Origin: Clostridiales bacterium
Lineage (GTDB): Bacteria > Bacillota > Clostridia > Christensenellales > UBA1242
Direction: 5' to 3'
NCBI GenBank assembly: GCA_015069415.1
Contig: SVIQ01000001.1
Location: forward strand, 11,860 to 75,859
Length of the DNA stretch: 64,000 bases
Shown: one piece after another, positions 8,889 through 19,963 of the stretch
Layout of the letters: every line of letters begins with the position of its first letter
Numbering within the stretch: the first letter of the stretch is position 1
Program-made: the position numbers and the translations under genes
The notes under the pieces: generated by a model
Seen by the model: the letters and a program-made list of their open reading frames with translations, nothing else
What the model was told of the DNA's origin: nothing
Databases searched by the model: none

Positions 8889-10200
8889 TTAATTAAATTT
8901 TTTGTTTGCTAAATTTGAATTGTAAAATTCTTCTTCTCCAGTGATTTCTTTAATAATTTTAAAAAATTTTGGAAATTCAATTTTTTGATTTTCGTTGGAG
9001 AGTTCAATTTCTAAAATTGCTTTATCCTTCCAAAAAGGATAAATATCAATTTCAAAATACTGGTTATTATGCATTAAACAATATCTTGTTTTTCTAATAG
9101 GATGTTTAGCAGTATCCGACTCTAGCAAAAGATTTAAATACTCTTCTTTAGTAATTCTACTTTCTGTTTCATATCTTTTTGTGTCGCTAATTTTTCTCTT
9201 TACTGTTTTTGTGTAAGTGTGATATCCGTTTTTACCCCTTTGACGAATTCTAATTTCTTCATCTCCAGATTTTAAATACGTTTGAATAATCTCAACCTTT
9301 TCACAGTTCTGTAGCTTTTCTAAGTAGTCAATGTCTGGATATTCAATCAAAAATTTTCTTTCGATTTCACAAGGCTCATCCTCTCCAAGCACATGTGAAA
9401 TTTCCGACATTAATCTTCTCATCTTATTTTCAAAATCTGTTGAATTGTCTATTACTCTTAAATGCGGATGCCCCATCCAAGCACGCAATGTTTCATCATC
9501 TTTTCTTTCAGCCTCTTCGACATTTTCACGTCTAGCCTTGTTGTTTTCTTTTGTGTAAATTTCCTTAGCATCTTTAGCTACAGACACAAGATGGAAAACA
9601 GCATCATACTTATCTCTTAACTCAATCTCATTTTTGTTGAGTTTTTTCAATGCATTGTTAAATTCCAATTCTGTCATGTAAGCTTTGCAATCTATTACTC
9701 CTCTATCGTAAACAATCAAAACTTTGTCATAATCTTTCACATGTTTAGCTGACTCTTCGTAAATCTTTTCTTTTTCAAGTTGAAGTTTTACGATAGCATC
9801 TTGAAAGTTTTGATTAGTGTCGATTGTGTATGGTGACACTCCACCAAGAATTAACTCTGATGCCGTTTCAGAAACAAACATAACCATATACCCACGCTTT
9901 GTGAATTCTTTTTGAATCCAACTCATTGCGGTAGATTTTCCCAGAACATGGCCCTCCAGTTATAGCAATTTTGTAGATTTTCTTGTTATTATCCTTATTT
10001 AATGGGACTAATTCGTCCAATGTAACATTGAAAATTTTAGTAAGTTCTAACAATGTTTTTAAAGAAGGTTCTGCCTTAGCATTTTCCCATTTTGATATTG
10101 TTTTGTTAGTTACAAACAATTTTTCAGCCAGTTCTGATTGCGTTAGCCCTTGAGACACTCTTAATTCGTAAAGTTTTCTAGAAAAATCAAATTCTTTCAT
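8889..10200 (-). pseudogene. frameshifted gene: XRE-type HTH + P-loop (AAA_28/NadR-kinase-like) NTPase + CYTH domain
   Basis: ORF 9868-10200 ends ITGGPCSGK and then goes out of frame. Removing one A from the A4 run (rc of 9936-9939) gives GGPCSGKSTAMSWIQKEF..., joining it to ORF 8889-9926. The CYTH ExExK motif reads EIERKFLI. Confidence 0.75.
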
Positions 10201-10366
10201 ATTTACACCTCTATTAGAACTATTCTACCAGAAGTATTTTACCAAATCAAGCGACAAATGTCGAATAAAAGTAGATATTTTTTTATGTGTTAATAAAATT
10301 TTACATATTTTTTAAAATCGTTTTATTAATTTACCTTTTTGTGATATCATTACATTGAGGTGGAAA

Positions 10367-11623
10367 ATGAAAATAAAAAACATTGTAGCCTACGAAGTCA
10401 TTGACAGTCGAGGCAATCCTACCGTCGAATGTGAAGTTACCCTCACAGACGGAACAAGTGCAACCGCAATTGTTCCTAGTGGAGCAAGTACGGGTGAACG
10501 TGAAGCTTTAGAACTTCGAGACGGAGGCACGCGCTATCACGGAAAAGGCGTTTTAAAAGCATGTGAAAACGTAAACAAAATTATTGCAAAAGCATTGATC
10601 GGTAAAGATGCAAGCAAGCAAAAAGATATTGATGAAACAATGATCTCTTTAGATGGCACAGAGTTTAAAACAAATTTAGGTGCAAATGCTATGCTATCTG
10701 TTAGTCTTGCAGTAGCTACAGCAAATGCTAAACAAAAAGGTAAACCTTTGTTTAAAACTTTAGGAAATGGTACTCTTCTCCCTACTCCAATGATGAACGT
10801 AATCAACGGCGGAGCACATGCAGACTCAAACGTAGATTTCCAAGAATTTATGATTATGCCTATTGGTGCAAAAACATTTAGCGACGCAATACAAATGGCT
10901 AGCGAAACCTTTATGGAATTAAAGAAAGTTTTAAAGAAGAAAAAATATAGCACTTCAGTTGGCGACGAAGGAGGATTTGCTCCTAACTTTAAAAACAATG
11001 AAGAACCTTTACAAGCAATAATTCAAGCAATTGAAAATGCTGGTTTCACTCCAGGCAAAGACATATCTATCGCCATGGACGTTGCTTCCAGTGAATTTTA
11101 CGATAAAGAAAAGAAAAAATATGTATTATCAAAAAGTTCTAAACAAGAGTTAACCACTGCCGAAATGATAAAATGGTACACAGAATTAATTAAAAAGTAC
11201 CCTATTATATCAATTGAAGACCCATTAGACCAAAACGACTACAAAGGTTGGATTAGTATCACAAAAAAATTAGGTGATAAAATTCAATTAGTTGGAGATG
11301 ATTTATTTGTCACAAATCCTAAGATATTCAAAGACGGAATTGAAAAAGGAATGGCAAATGCAATTTTAATTAAACTTAATCAAATCGGAACTTTAACCGA
11401 AACTTTAGAAACAATTAAACTTGCAAAAGAAAACGGTTACAACACTATTATTTCTCATAGGAGCGGTGAAAGCGAAGACACATTTATCGCAGATTTGTCA
11501 GTAGCCGTTGAAAGTGGACAAATTAAAACAGGTTCAATTTCAAGAAGCGACAGAGTTGCTAAATACAATCAATTAATTAGAATCGAAAGAAAATTAGGTA
11601 AAAAAGTGAGGTTTAACATATGA
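10367..11623 (+). CDS. eno: enolase
   Basis: Full-length enolase similarity ([23 protein letters not shown]-like SHRSGESED). ATG at 10367 follows GAGGTGG; the track start at 10355 is an upstream TTG. Confidence 0.95.
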   Translation: MKIKNIVAYEVIDSRGNPTVECEVTLTDGTSATAIVPSGASTGEREALELRDGGTRYHGKGVLKACENVNKIIAKALIGKDASKQKDIDETMISLDGTEFKTNLGANAMLSVSLAVATANAKQKGKPLFKTLGNGTLLPTPMMNVINGGAHADSNVDFQEFMIMPIGAKTFSDAIQMASETFMELKKVLKKKKYSTSVGDEGGFAPNFKNNEEPLQAIIQAIENAGFTPGKDISIAMDVASSEFYDKEKKKYVLSKSSKQELTTAEMIKWYTELIKKYPIISIEDPLDQNDYKGWISITKKLGDKIQLVGDDLFVTNPKIFKDGIEKGMANAILIKLNQIGTLTETLETIKLAKENGYNTIISHRSGESEDTFIADLSVAVESGQIKTGSISRSDRVAKYNQLIRIERKLGKKVRFNI

Positions 11624-12276
11624 TAATTGCAGTTGACGGACCTGCCGGTAGCGGAAAATCTACAGTAGCAGATATTGTTGCAAAAAAATTAGGATTTATT
11701 CATTTTAATTCAGGACTTTTATATAGAGGAATTACTGCCTACTTACTAAAAAATGAACTTGATATTAATGACGTAAAAAAAGAAGATATAATACTAGAAA
11801 CAAGTTTTATAGGCGATGTACAACATGTTTTCGTTAACGGTGAAGACTACACCCCATATTTAAGAGAAAATATTGTTAGCATTAACAGTACAATCGTTGG
11901 AAAGAATCCAATCACAAGACAAATCGTTGATGATTGTCAAAGAACTTTCTGTTCTGCTAACAATTGTATAATTGACGGACGAGATATTGGTACTCATGTA
12001 TTCCCTAACGCTGAACTAAAATTCTACGTTGACTGTAATGTCAAAGTTAGAGCTAAAAGAAGATTTTTAGAAGAACAAGAAAAAAATTCAAACGTAAGTC
12101 TTAAAGCCATTGAAATGCAAATCATTGAAAGAGATGAAACTGACAAAAACAGAAAAATTGCTCCTTTAGTTCAAGCTCCAGACGCAATATATATTGACAC
12201 AAGCGATCTTACCATTGATCAAGTAGTAGAACTTATGATGAAGTACTATTATGAACTTGGATTAACACAAAAATAG
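11620..12276 (+). CDS. cmk: cytidylate kinase
   Basis: [14 protein letters not shown]-loop, about 218 aa, and a 4-nt overlap with eno. Confidence 0.85.
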   Translation: MIIAVDGPAGSGKSTVADIVAKKLGFIHFNSGLLYRGITAYLLKNELDINDVKKEDIILETSFIGDVQHVFVNGEDYTPYLRENIVSINSTIVGKNPITRQIVDDCQRTFCSANNCIIDGRDIGTHVFPNAELKFYVDCNVKVRAKRRFLEEQEKNSNVSLKAIEMQIIERDETDKNRKIAPLVQAPDAIYIDTSDLTIDQVVELMMKYYYELGLTQK

Positions 12277-12298
12277 GCAAATTGCCTATTTTTTTTGT
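12271..12298 (+). terminator. cmk terminator
   Basis: ATAGGCA/TGCCTAT hairpin followed by a T8 run. Confidence 0.8.
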
Positions 12299-12391
12299 TT
12301 AAAAAGTGATAATTTAATAAAAATTTTCAAATTTTGGGTTACTTTTCTTAAAGTTTTGAATATTTTATTAAAATATTTTAAAAAATGGGTA

Positions 12392-12420
12392 TTGACAAAT
12401 TGGAAGTTTCAGTTTATACT
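12392..12420 (+). promoter_or_regulatory. sigma-A type promoter
   Basis: TTGACA, 17 nt, TATACT. Confidence 0.6.
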
Positions 12421-12456
12421 TACAAGACCAAAAGAAAATGGTCACAGGGAGGGTTT

Positions 12457-14118
12457 ATGGCCACAAAAAAATTTACAGAAGCAGAAATTAATGAATTAAT
12501 TACATATATTGAAAATTTAAGAGATGGTAAAATTTCTACAATCGATGGTATGCCTAACGAAGATATTATTGCATTGAACAAGAAAATCATCTCCCTTCTT
12601 TCTCACAAAAATGATGCAAACAACAATCTTAGAATTCGTAAATTACACACCAAGAGAGATTGGTTGCTTAAGAAAGGTTCTTTATTCTCTGTTTTAGGAT
12701 TCTCAGCTTTTATGGGAGCAACAGGACTCACAGCTGGACTTATTGAAGGAGCAAGTGCAGGAATTGTTTCAACTAGTACATTTGCAACTGCTATGAACTT
12801 AGGTGGAATCGCTGCCGGAGCATCTTTACTCGCTTCAATTGGCTACATTCAAGCAAAAAAATTAATTACAAGAGCTTACTACAAATCTAAATTTAAAACT
12901 AAAGATAAAGACTTATTAGATGAAACTGCTGAGTTTGGATTAACAAAAGCATTTACAAAAGGAAAAAATAAAGGAAAATCTTTAATTGACCTCATTAAAG
13001 AAACAGATGCTGAAATTCGCAAAACTAAAGAAAGTATGACTTCTGCCAATTTCTTTAAGAAAATTGGTTTGTTTGCAAAAATGACTTATCTTAACATTAA
13101 AAACAGAAATAGATTGCATTTTGTCATGGATGAGCAAGCAAGAATTGATGCACTTTTAAAGAAGTATCCTGAAAATTCTTCATTACTTGCTAAAAAGGAA
13201 GTTATAACTGACTACGAAAGAGATTTCATATTTGACGAATTGATTTCAGCTTTAAAAACTAAAAAATTCGAAAACTTAGACATTTTAACTCGTGGTTTAG
13301 ATTTGTCTGACATTAAAGAACTTTTATCTAAATATGAACTTACTAGTACAAAAACAGAAAAAGGAAAAGGATTACTTCTCAAGACTTTAGAAAGAAGTAT
13401 TGCTAGAACTGAATCTATTGCCCCAGTTGTTATTCCAGGTCCAGACGTTCATAAGTTTAAACGTAGAACAGAAATTGTTCCAGATCTAGTTGACCCAGAT
13501 TCAGACAAGAAACCAGACACTGATCCAAAACCTGAAGACAAACCTGAAAAGAAGCCTGAAGATAAACCAGCAGTTATTGAAACATTTGGAAAAGACGATT
13601 ACGTTACTTATATAATTCGTGACGGAGAATCAGTTGAAACTGTCTGCACTTTCTACTGCAGAAAAAATATAAAAGGACAATTTAACCTTTTCGATATTCA
13701 AATTGACCCAGCTACAAATTCAGCTTCTTACAATGGTAGACCATGTGTAATCATCGCAGACAATATTAGAAAAAAAGCAACAATTCAATTTGCAGATGGT
13801 TCAACTGAAACTATTATTAGTCAAGCAATCAAAACAACAATTGATGGCGTTGTAAAACAATTAGAATTCTTAACAACAAAACCTCAATTGTTTGCTAAAG
13901 CTAAAAGATCAAGATTTTTGAAAAAAGGTGTAGAACCACAAGGAATTTACTCAGACAAAACAATTGAATCTTTAATCAGTGCTTACTATGATTCAATTAT
14001 GTCAGTATCTAATCCACAAGTAACTGGAGCCGTTAAAAACCTTCACTTTGATGTTCAAAGAGCAATTGACGAAGTACATCTTACTGGTCCAAAAACTCCA
14101 GAAAGTTCTACAACTTAA
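12457..14118 (+). CDS. hypothetical membrane protein with Pro/Lys/Asp-rich linker
   Basis: ATG at 12457 follows GGGAGGG and lies downstream of the promoter, so the track start at 12385 is upstream of the predicted TSS. There is a Gly/Ala-rich TM block and a KKPDTDPKPEDKPEKKPEDKP linker. Confidence 0.6.
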   Translation: MATKKFTEAEINELITYIENLRDGKISTIDGMPNEDIIALNKKIISLLSHKNDANNNLRIRKLHTKRDWLLKKGSLFSVLGFSAFMGATGLTAGLIEGASAGIVSTSTFATAMNLGGIAAGASLLASIGYIQAKKLITRAYYKSKFKTKDKDLLDETAEFGLTKAFTKGKNKGKSLIDLIKETDAEIRKTKESMTSANFFKKIGLFAKMTYLNIKNRNRLHFVMDEQARIDALLKKYPENSSLLAKKEVITDYERDFIFDELISALKTKKFENLDILTRGLDLSDIKELLSKYELTSTKTEKGKGLLLKTLERSIARTESIAPVVIPGPDVHKFKRRTEIVPDLVDPDSDKKPDTDPKPEDKPEKKPEDKPAVIETFGKDDYVTYIIRDGESVETVCTFYCRKNIKGQFNLFDIQIDPATNSASYNGRPCVIIADNIRKKATIQFADGSTETIISQAIKTTIDGVVKQLEFLTTKPQLFAKAKRSRFLKKGVEPQGIYSDKTIESLISAYYDSIMSVSNPQVTGAVKNLHFDVQRAIDEVHLTGPKTPESSTT

Positions 14119-14149
14119 GAAAATTATTTACGAAATGGAATTATTAAAT

Positions 14150-14178
14150 AAAAAACACCGAAAATTCGGTGTTTTTTT
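14150..14178. terminator. bidirectional terminator
   Basis: ACACCGAAAATTCGGTGT hairpin flanked by an A-run and a T-run, between convergent genes. Confidence 0.8.
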
Positions 14179-14716
14179 AATAATTTTTAGATTCAACTTC
14201 AAAGTATGCTTGAGGGTGAGAACAAACTGGGCACATTTTTGGAGCAGATTTTCCAACGTGTTTATGACCACAATTTCTACATTCCCAAACAACGACTTCT
14301 TTCTTTACAAAACATTTCTTCTTTGAAACGTTCTCAAGAAGTGCGTTATATCTTGCTTCGTGTTCTGCTTCGATTTTTGCTACACCTTCAAAAAGTTTTG
14401 CGATGTCTGTAAAGCCTTCTTTTCTTGCAGTCTTTGCAAATTCAGCATACATATCAGTCCATTCGTAATTTTCTCCAGCAACTGCATCTTTTAAGTTAGT
14501 TAAAGTGTCTGGAACTTCTCCTCCGTGCAACAATTTAAACCACATTTTTGCATGTTCTTTTTCATTGTCTGCAGTTCTTGAGAAAATTTCAGCAATTTGT
14601 TCATAACCTTCTTTTTTTGCTTTACTTGCATAATAAGAATATTTATTTCTTGCTTGACTTTCACCTGCAAAAGCAGTCATTAAATTTTGTTCTGTTTGTG
14701 AACCTTTTAATTCCAT
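14177..14716 (-). CDS. rbr: rubrerythrin
   Basis: N-terminal diiron ferritin-like domain (ExxH pairs) plus a C-terminal rubredoxin-like CRNCGH...CPVCSHP. Confidence 0.9.
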   Translation of the reverse strand: MELKGSQTEQNLMTAFAGESQARNKYSYYASKAKKEGYEQIAEIFSRTADNEKEHAKMWFKLLHGGEVPDTLTNLKDAVAGENYEWTDMYAEFAKTARKEGFTDIAKLFEGVAKIEAEHEARYNALLENVSKKKCFVKKEVVVWECRNCGHKHVGKSAPKMCPVCSHPQAYFEVESKNY

Positions 14717-14782
14717 AATTCCTCCTATTCTTTTGTATTATACAAAAAATTTTACATAAAAATCAATCAAATTTTAGCAAAA

Positions 14783-16051
14783 TTAATTAAATCTATCTTT
14801 CTTTTTTACCATTCCTTTTTCTCTACCATTATTTTTTGGAACGTAGTACACTCTGTCTTTTAACTTGTCTGGTAAATATTGTTGTTTGCAATATCCTCCA
14901 AAATTATGAGGGTACTTGTACTCTGGTGGATTTTTCTCATCGTAATGGTAATTTTTTAAGTGTTCTGGAATGTTATCATCCGGATTAAACTCCGCGTCAT
15001 GTCTTGCTCTTTCTAAAGCCTCAATCACACTATTTGATTTTTCAGCTTCACACACATAAATTATTGCATGAGTCAAAGAAATTTCTCCTTCTGGTAGTCC
15101 TAAATTTTTGATTGCATTCATTGCAACCATTGCCATTAACGATGCGTTGCTATCTGCCATTCCAACATCTTCGCTAGCATGAGCAATTAGACGCCTGCAA
15201 ATAAGTAGCGGATCACATCCCGCACGAATTAATCTTTGAGAATAATAAATCGCAGCATCACTGTCACTGCCCCTTAGGCTCTTACAAAAAGCTGAAAGCA
15301 TATCGTAGTAAAAGTTTTCGTCAACACTGATTACAGGTTGTTGAATACATTGTTCCGCCACCGCTTTAGTAATCTTAATTTTTCCATCAACCATTGGAGT
15401 TGTTGTTACAGCAAGCTCTAAAGCATTGTAGCCAGATCTAAGGTCTCCGTTAGAGAAATTTGCAAAATGATTAAGCGCATCTAACTCAATTTCTACATCA
15501 AGTTTTCCATAACCTCGATCAATATCTTTTAACGCAATTAAAAGAGCATCTTTAATGTCCTCATTCGTTAAATGCTTAAACTTAAACACTCTACATCTAC
15601 TAACAATAGCGGGAGTTAGTGACACATGTGGGTTTTCTGTAGTAGTACCAATTAAAGTAATATATCCCCTCTCAACAGCTTCCAAAATGCTGTCACTTTG
15701 AGACTTGCTCCACCTGTGACATTCATCCAAGATTAACATAGTACTTTTGCCTGTGAGTTCGAAGTTTTGTTTAGCATCCATGATTACTTTTTTGGCATCG
15801 GCAACACCACTTGCTACAGCATTTAATTTTACACTTTCAAGACCTAATGATGACGCAATAATGAACGCTAAAGTAGTTTTACCAACACCTGGAGGTCCGT
15901 AAAAGATACAACTTCCAAGCCTATTCACTTTTAGCGCACGTCTAATCAATGAATCTTGACCTACAATATGCTTTTGACCAATAAATTCGTCTAAATTTCT
16001 AGCCCTCATTCTTTCTGCTAAAGGGGTATTGTTAACAAACATTTCATCCAT
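14783..16051 (-). CDS. rarA: replication-associated recombination protein A (MgsA/RarA AAA+ ATPase)
   Basis: GPPGVGKTT Walker A, ILDECHRW Walker B, and a MgsA C-terminal domain. Confidence 0.9.
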   Translation of the reverse strand: MDEMFVNNTPLAERMRARNLDEFIGQKHIVGQDSLIRRALKVNRLGSCIFYGPPGVGKTTLAFIIASSLGLESVKLNAVASGVADAKKVIMDAKQNFELTGKSTMLILDECHRWSKSQSDSILEAVERGYITLIGTTTENPHVSLTPAIVSRCRVFKFKHLTNEDIKDALLIALKDIDRGYGKLDVEIELDALNHFANFSNGDLRSGYNALELAVTTTPMVDGKIKITKAVAEQCIQQPVISVDENFYYDMLSAFCKSLRGSDSDAAIYYSQRLIRAGCDPLLICRRLIAHASEDVGMADSNASLMAMVAMNAIKNLGLPEGEISLTHAIIYVCEAEKSNSVIEALERARHDAEFNPDDNIPEHLKNYHYDEKNPPEYKYPHNFGGYCKQQYLPDKLKDRVYYVPKNNGREKGMVKKKDRFN

Positions 16052-16073
16052 GTTTTAATTATAACACAAGTTC

Positions 16074-16658
16074 TCATTTTTTACAATTATTAACACTAAC
16101 TTTTTTTGTTTTGCCCCTAAGTTTGTATGTTAAAATGAAAGGAATTTTAAATTTGTTTTGTCTAATTTTCAAATTGTCTTTATTAACTCTAATGCCTAAA
16201 GTATTTCGAATTGTTTTTAAATATAATTTCAGCTTTTCAGCACGCGTCAAATTAAAAATATTATTAAGTATATCTATCCTAGCTTCTTTTTTTAATGTTT
16301 GCAAATCTAACTTATCTGAAAATAATTCTATTGCAAAGTACTTGTAAATTTTATCTAAATCAATCGAAATTTTACATTTCCCTAAGCATGTGAAATAAAT
16401 GTATCCATTCTTTGTCATAACCTTATCAACGTTAATCAAACTAAGTTTCGTATCCTCTCTTTGAACAAAAACATTTTTATCTACATGCATAACTTTTGCA
16501 TCGTTTATTTTTAATCTATGACGTAATTTTGAAACAAATATTAAGCCAGTTTTCGTAACTTTCATTTCTGGAAACGGGAAAAAATTATATCTAACCCTCG
16601 TTTTTACTTGAACAGTTAGAATAAAAGCCATTAAATATGCAATAATCACTAATATCAC
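16074..16658 (-). CDS. hypothetical protein, N-terminal TM helix
   Basis: ORF only; Lys-rich; no motif recognised. Confidence 0.4.
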   Translation of the reverse strand: MILVIIAYLMAFILTVQVKTRVRYNFFPFPEMKVTKTGLIFVSKLRHRLKINDAKVMHVDKNVFVQREDTKLSLINVDKVMTKNGYIYFTCLGKCKISIDLDKIYKYFAIELFSDKLDLQTLKKEARIDILNNIFNLTRAEKLKLYLKTIRNTLGIRVNKDNLKIRQNKFKIPFILTYKLRGKTKKVSVNNCKK

Positions 16659-16698
16659 AAATTAATTTTTTACAATCAAGTAAAGTTTTAAAATACAT

Positions 16699-16727
16699 TT
16701 GACAAAAACTTTATTTACAATTAGAAT
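16699..16727 (+). promoter_or_regulatory. gap promoter
   Basis: TTGACA, 17 nt, TAGAAT. Confidence 0.6.
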
Positions 16728-16743
16728 AAAATTAAAGGAGTAA

Positions 16744-17757
<1,014 letters not shown>

Positions 17758-17768
17758 TGAATGGACGC

Positions 17769-17797
17769 AAAAAACACCAGAATTTCTGGTGTTTTTT
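17769..17797. terminator. bidirectional terminator
   Basis: ACACCAGAATTTCTGGTGT hairpin followed by a T-run. Confidence 0.8.
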
Positions 17798-17807
17798 ATT
17801 TAGTTAT

Positions 17808-18176
17808 TTAAAACATTCCATAATAGATTATCATAATTACAATATCAATAATAGATATAACTAAACCGGCAATTGCTAAACCTTTACCTCTAAGATTTTC
17901 GTTGTTTTTGATATTCTTTAATGCGATACTACTTAAAATTAAACCGATAATTCCGCAAATCATACCTGCAAACACAATTCCAGCTAAAGACAATACAAAT
18001 CCAGCGATTGCCTTACCTGAAAATTTCTTTGTTTGAACTTCATTTGATTCAACTTGAGTATTTTCAGTTTCAGCAACAGGATCAACAACTTCTGCGGTTT
18101 TCTTAATTTCCGCACCGCATTCTTTACAAAATTTGTCAGTGTCAGCTACTTTTTTACCACAATATGAACAAAACAT
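17808..18176 (-). CDS. zinc-ribbon membrane protein (DUF4190-like)
   Basis: N-terminal CSYCG...CKECG zinc ribbon and two C-terminal TM helices. Confidence 0.55.
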   Translation of the reverse strand: MFCSYCGKKVADTDKFCKECGAEIKKTAEVVDPVAETENTQVESNEVQTKKFSGKAIAGFVLSLAGIVFAGMICGIIGLILSSIALKNIKNNENLRGKGLAIAGLVISIIDIVIMIIYYGMF

Positions 18177-18249
18177 ATAACCCTCCTAACTATAATTTAC
18201 AAAAAATTAAAAACTTTGTCAACTTTTTATTTGATTTAGACTATCATTA

Positions 18250-18284
18250 AAAACGAAAAATCTCAATTATTATGAGATTTTTTT
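18250..18284 (-). terminator. terminator of the 18292-18618 gene
   Basis: AAATCTCA/TGAGATTT hairpin with flanking T-runs. Confidence 0.65.
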
Positions 18285-18291
18285 AATTATT

Positions 18292-18618
18292 CTAAACTTC
18301 TAAATCTTCATCAGAAGATCCACATTCATCTCCGAATGAAAATCCCATTCTTTTTAAATATGCTTCGCGTTCTTCATATGTCATTTTATTGAAAAATTCT
18401 TTAAAATTTTCAATTACTAATTCTGGATCGATTCCCGTCCTGTGCATATCTCTTTCAGAATATTCAATTTCTTCTACTTCAGTTTCTACATCTTCTTCAA
18501 TTTCTTCATCATCCGAAAATTTAAAACCCATTTTCTTAAGATACGCAACTCTCTCTTCATATGTTAATGAATCAAAAAAACTTTTAAATGTATCTAACAC
18601 ATCTTTTGGATCTACCAT
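18292..18618 (-). CDS. small acidic protein made of two tandem ~45-aa repeats
   Basis: DPKDVLDTFKSFFDSLTYEERVAYLKKMGFKFSDDEE versus DPELVIENFKEFFNKMTYEEREAYLKRMGFSFGDECG. Confidence 0.55.
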   Translation of the reverse strand: MVDPKDVLDTFKSFFDSLTYEERVAYLKKMGFKFSDDEEIEEDVETEVEEIEYSERDMHRTGIDPELVIENFKEFFNKMTYEEREAYLKRMGFSFGDECGSSDEDLEV

Positions 18619-18675
18619 GTCTACCTCCTTAATTTTACGCTTTTATTATAATATGCTTTTTTTTATTGTCAAGAC

Positions 18676-18891
18676 TTATCCAGATTGTTTAGCCTTTCTT
18701 AAATTCAAAACAATCCCAACAATTGCGCTAATCATTAAAGCGAATTCCAAACATGCTCCGACATAGCTAGCAATCAACAACATGTAAATTATGTTAAGGA
18801 GATTTCTACACATTGCCCCAACTTTGACAAATACAATGTTTGAAAAAATCATTCCAGACAAATAAATAAGCATTGAGAATAACGGCAACAA
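18676..18891 (-). CDS. possible small hydrophobic protein
   Basis: ORF only; TTG start; no SD nearby. Confidence 0.25.
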   Translation of the reverse strand: MLPLFSMLIYLSGMIFSNIVFVKVGAMCRNLLNIIYMLLIASYVGACLEFALMISAIVGIVLNLRKAKQSG

Positions 18892-18959
18892 AGTCGGCTA
18901 AAACTACTAAAACTTGTGATAAAAAGTATATTTTCTCTCCCTTGCCCTATTAAATTCTT

Positions 18960-19604
18960 TTATAAAGTACTATTTTTTTGATATCTCTTTCCCAAGTATC
19001 TCAAAGCTTTATTGAGTGCTTTAAACCTATATGTACTATTTAACTCTTCTCTAGACAATTGATTGAAAGGTTTTCCAGTTTTTCCTTCTACAAACAACGA
19101 ATAAAAATAAGGTTTCTTAATTGGCTCATTTATTGTTTCAGAAATCCAACCTTCTGTTCTTTCTGTAAACTGAAGATGTTCTCCTGTTGAAAACATAATC
19201 GTTACAGCACAACGATATTCTGCTGTTCTGTTATCTTCTCCCACCAATTTATTCAATAATTTTATAATGGAATAATGTTTAGGAAGTTCTGGATTTTGCA
19301 TTAAATCTAAATCTGCATATCTGCCAGTAAATATTCCAGGTTCTCCGCACAAAGCATCCACAAACAATCCTGCATCATCTGTAATAATTGGATAATCTAT
19401 ATTATTAGCTCTACAAAAATCTAAAACAGCATAAGCTTTCAAAACAGAATTTTCTTGAATTGTGCGTCCAGTTTCTTCTATTTCTCCTCTATTCCAACCA
19501 ATATCAGACAAAGACAAAACTTGCAAATCTAGATTTTCATTAGCGATAATATCATTCAAATCCTCTAATTTTCTGTTGTTCGTAGTTGCAAAAATTACAA
19601 TCAT
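18960..19604 (-). CDS. rdgB: non-canonical purine NTP pyrophosphatase (RdgB/HAM1 family)
   Basis: N-terminal IVIFATTNNRKLEDL (ATxNxxK motif), about 200 aa. Confidence 0.65.
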   Translation of the reverse strand: MIVIFATTNNRKLEDLNDIIANENLDLQVLSLSDIGWNRGEIEETGRTIQENSVLKAYAVLDFCRANNIDYPIITDDAGLFVDALCGEPGIFTGRYADLDLMQNPELPKHYSIIKLLNKLVGEDNRTAEYRCAVTIMFSTGEHLQFTERTEGWISETINEPIKKPYFYSLFVEGKTGKPFNQLSREELNSTYRFKALNKALRYLGKRYQKNSTL

Positions 19605-19840
19605 GATTTATCTCCAGTATTTTATGTTTTTATAATATCATAAATCTTTGTTTTTAGCAATTAAAACATCTTCTGATTTATTAACAAAAACTCAAATTTT
19701 GAGTTTTTAATATTTTGTTACGCAACTGTAATCATAATATTTTCTATTTTTTCTTAACATCTACAATCGTTGAGAAAACTAAACGTTCAGCCCATAAAGT
19801 TTAAATGTTTTAAATTTACCTGAAAACATATGTTGCAAAT

Positions 19841-19902
19841 CATTCTTGCATAAAGAAAAATACGCAACCATTATTATTTCTAATGGATGCGCACACTTCT
19901 CT
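19841..19902. repeat. direct repeat copy A (duplicated tRNA-Ser(UGA) terminator region)
   Basis: A 33-nt perfect core, AAAGAAAAATACGCAACCATTATTATTTCTAAT (19852-19884), equals 21649-21681. On the minus strand it forms a hairpin plus T-run after the HD-gene stop. Confidence 0.8.
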
Positions 19903-19963
19903 ATTAGCGAAACGTAAATAATAGCATTTGAACACTGATTTTATTTTAATATTATTCATTTTA

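Noticed and set aside
9868-10200. Stand-alone 110-aa XRE regulator plus a separate 345-aa ATPase-CYTH gene
   Set aside because: The first ORF ends in the middle of a Walker A motif (GGPCSGK). The second lacks any P-loop and begins exactly where a one-base shift would continue the motif (STAMSW...). A single frameshifted gene is more parsimonious.
10537-10998. Long antisense ORFs inside conserved genes, for example 10537-10998 in eno, 57962-58474 and 59203-59886 in leuS, 29904-30323 in gene A, and 23348-23692 in addA
   Set aside because: These are shadow ORFs opposite well-supported coding regions. They have low-complexity or hydrophobic translations and no ribosome-binding sites.
14048-14326. 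92-aa plus-strand ORF spanning the end of the 12457-14118 gene, a terminator and the rubrerythrin 3' end
   Set aside because: It crosses a strong bidirectional terminator and overlaps two supported genes, and it has no SD.
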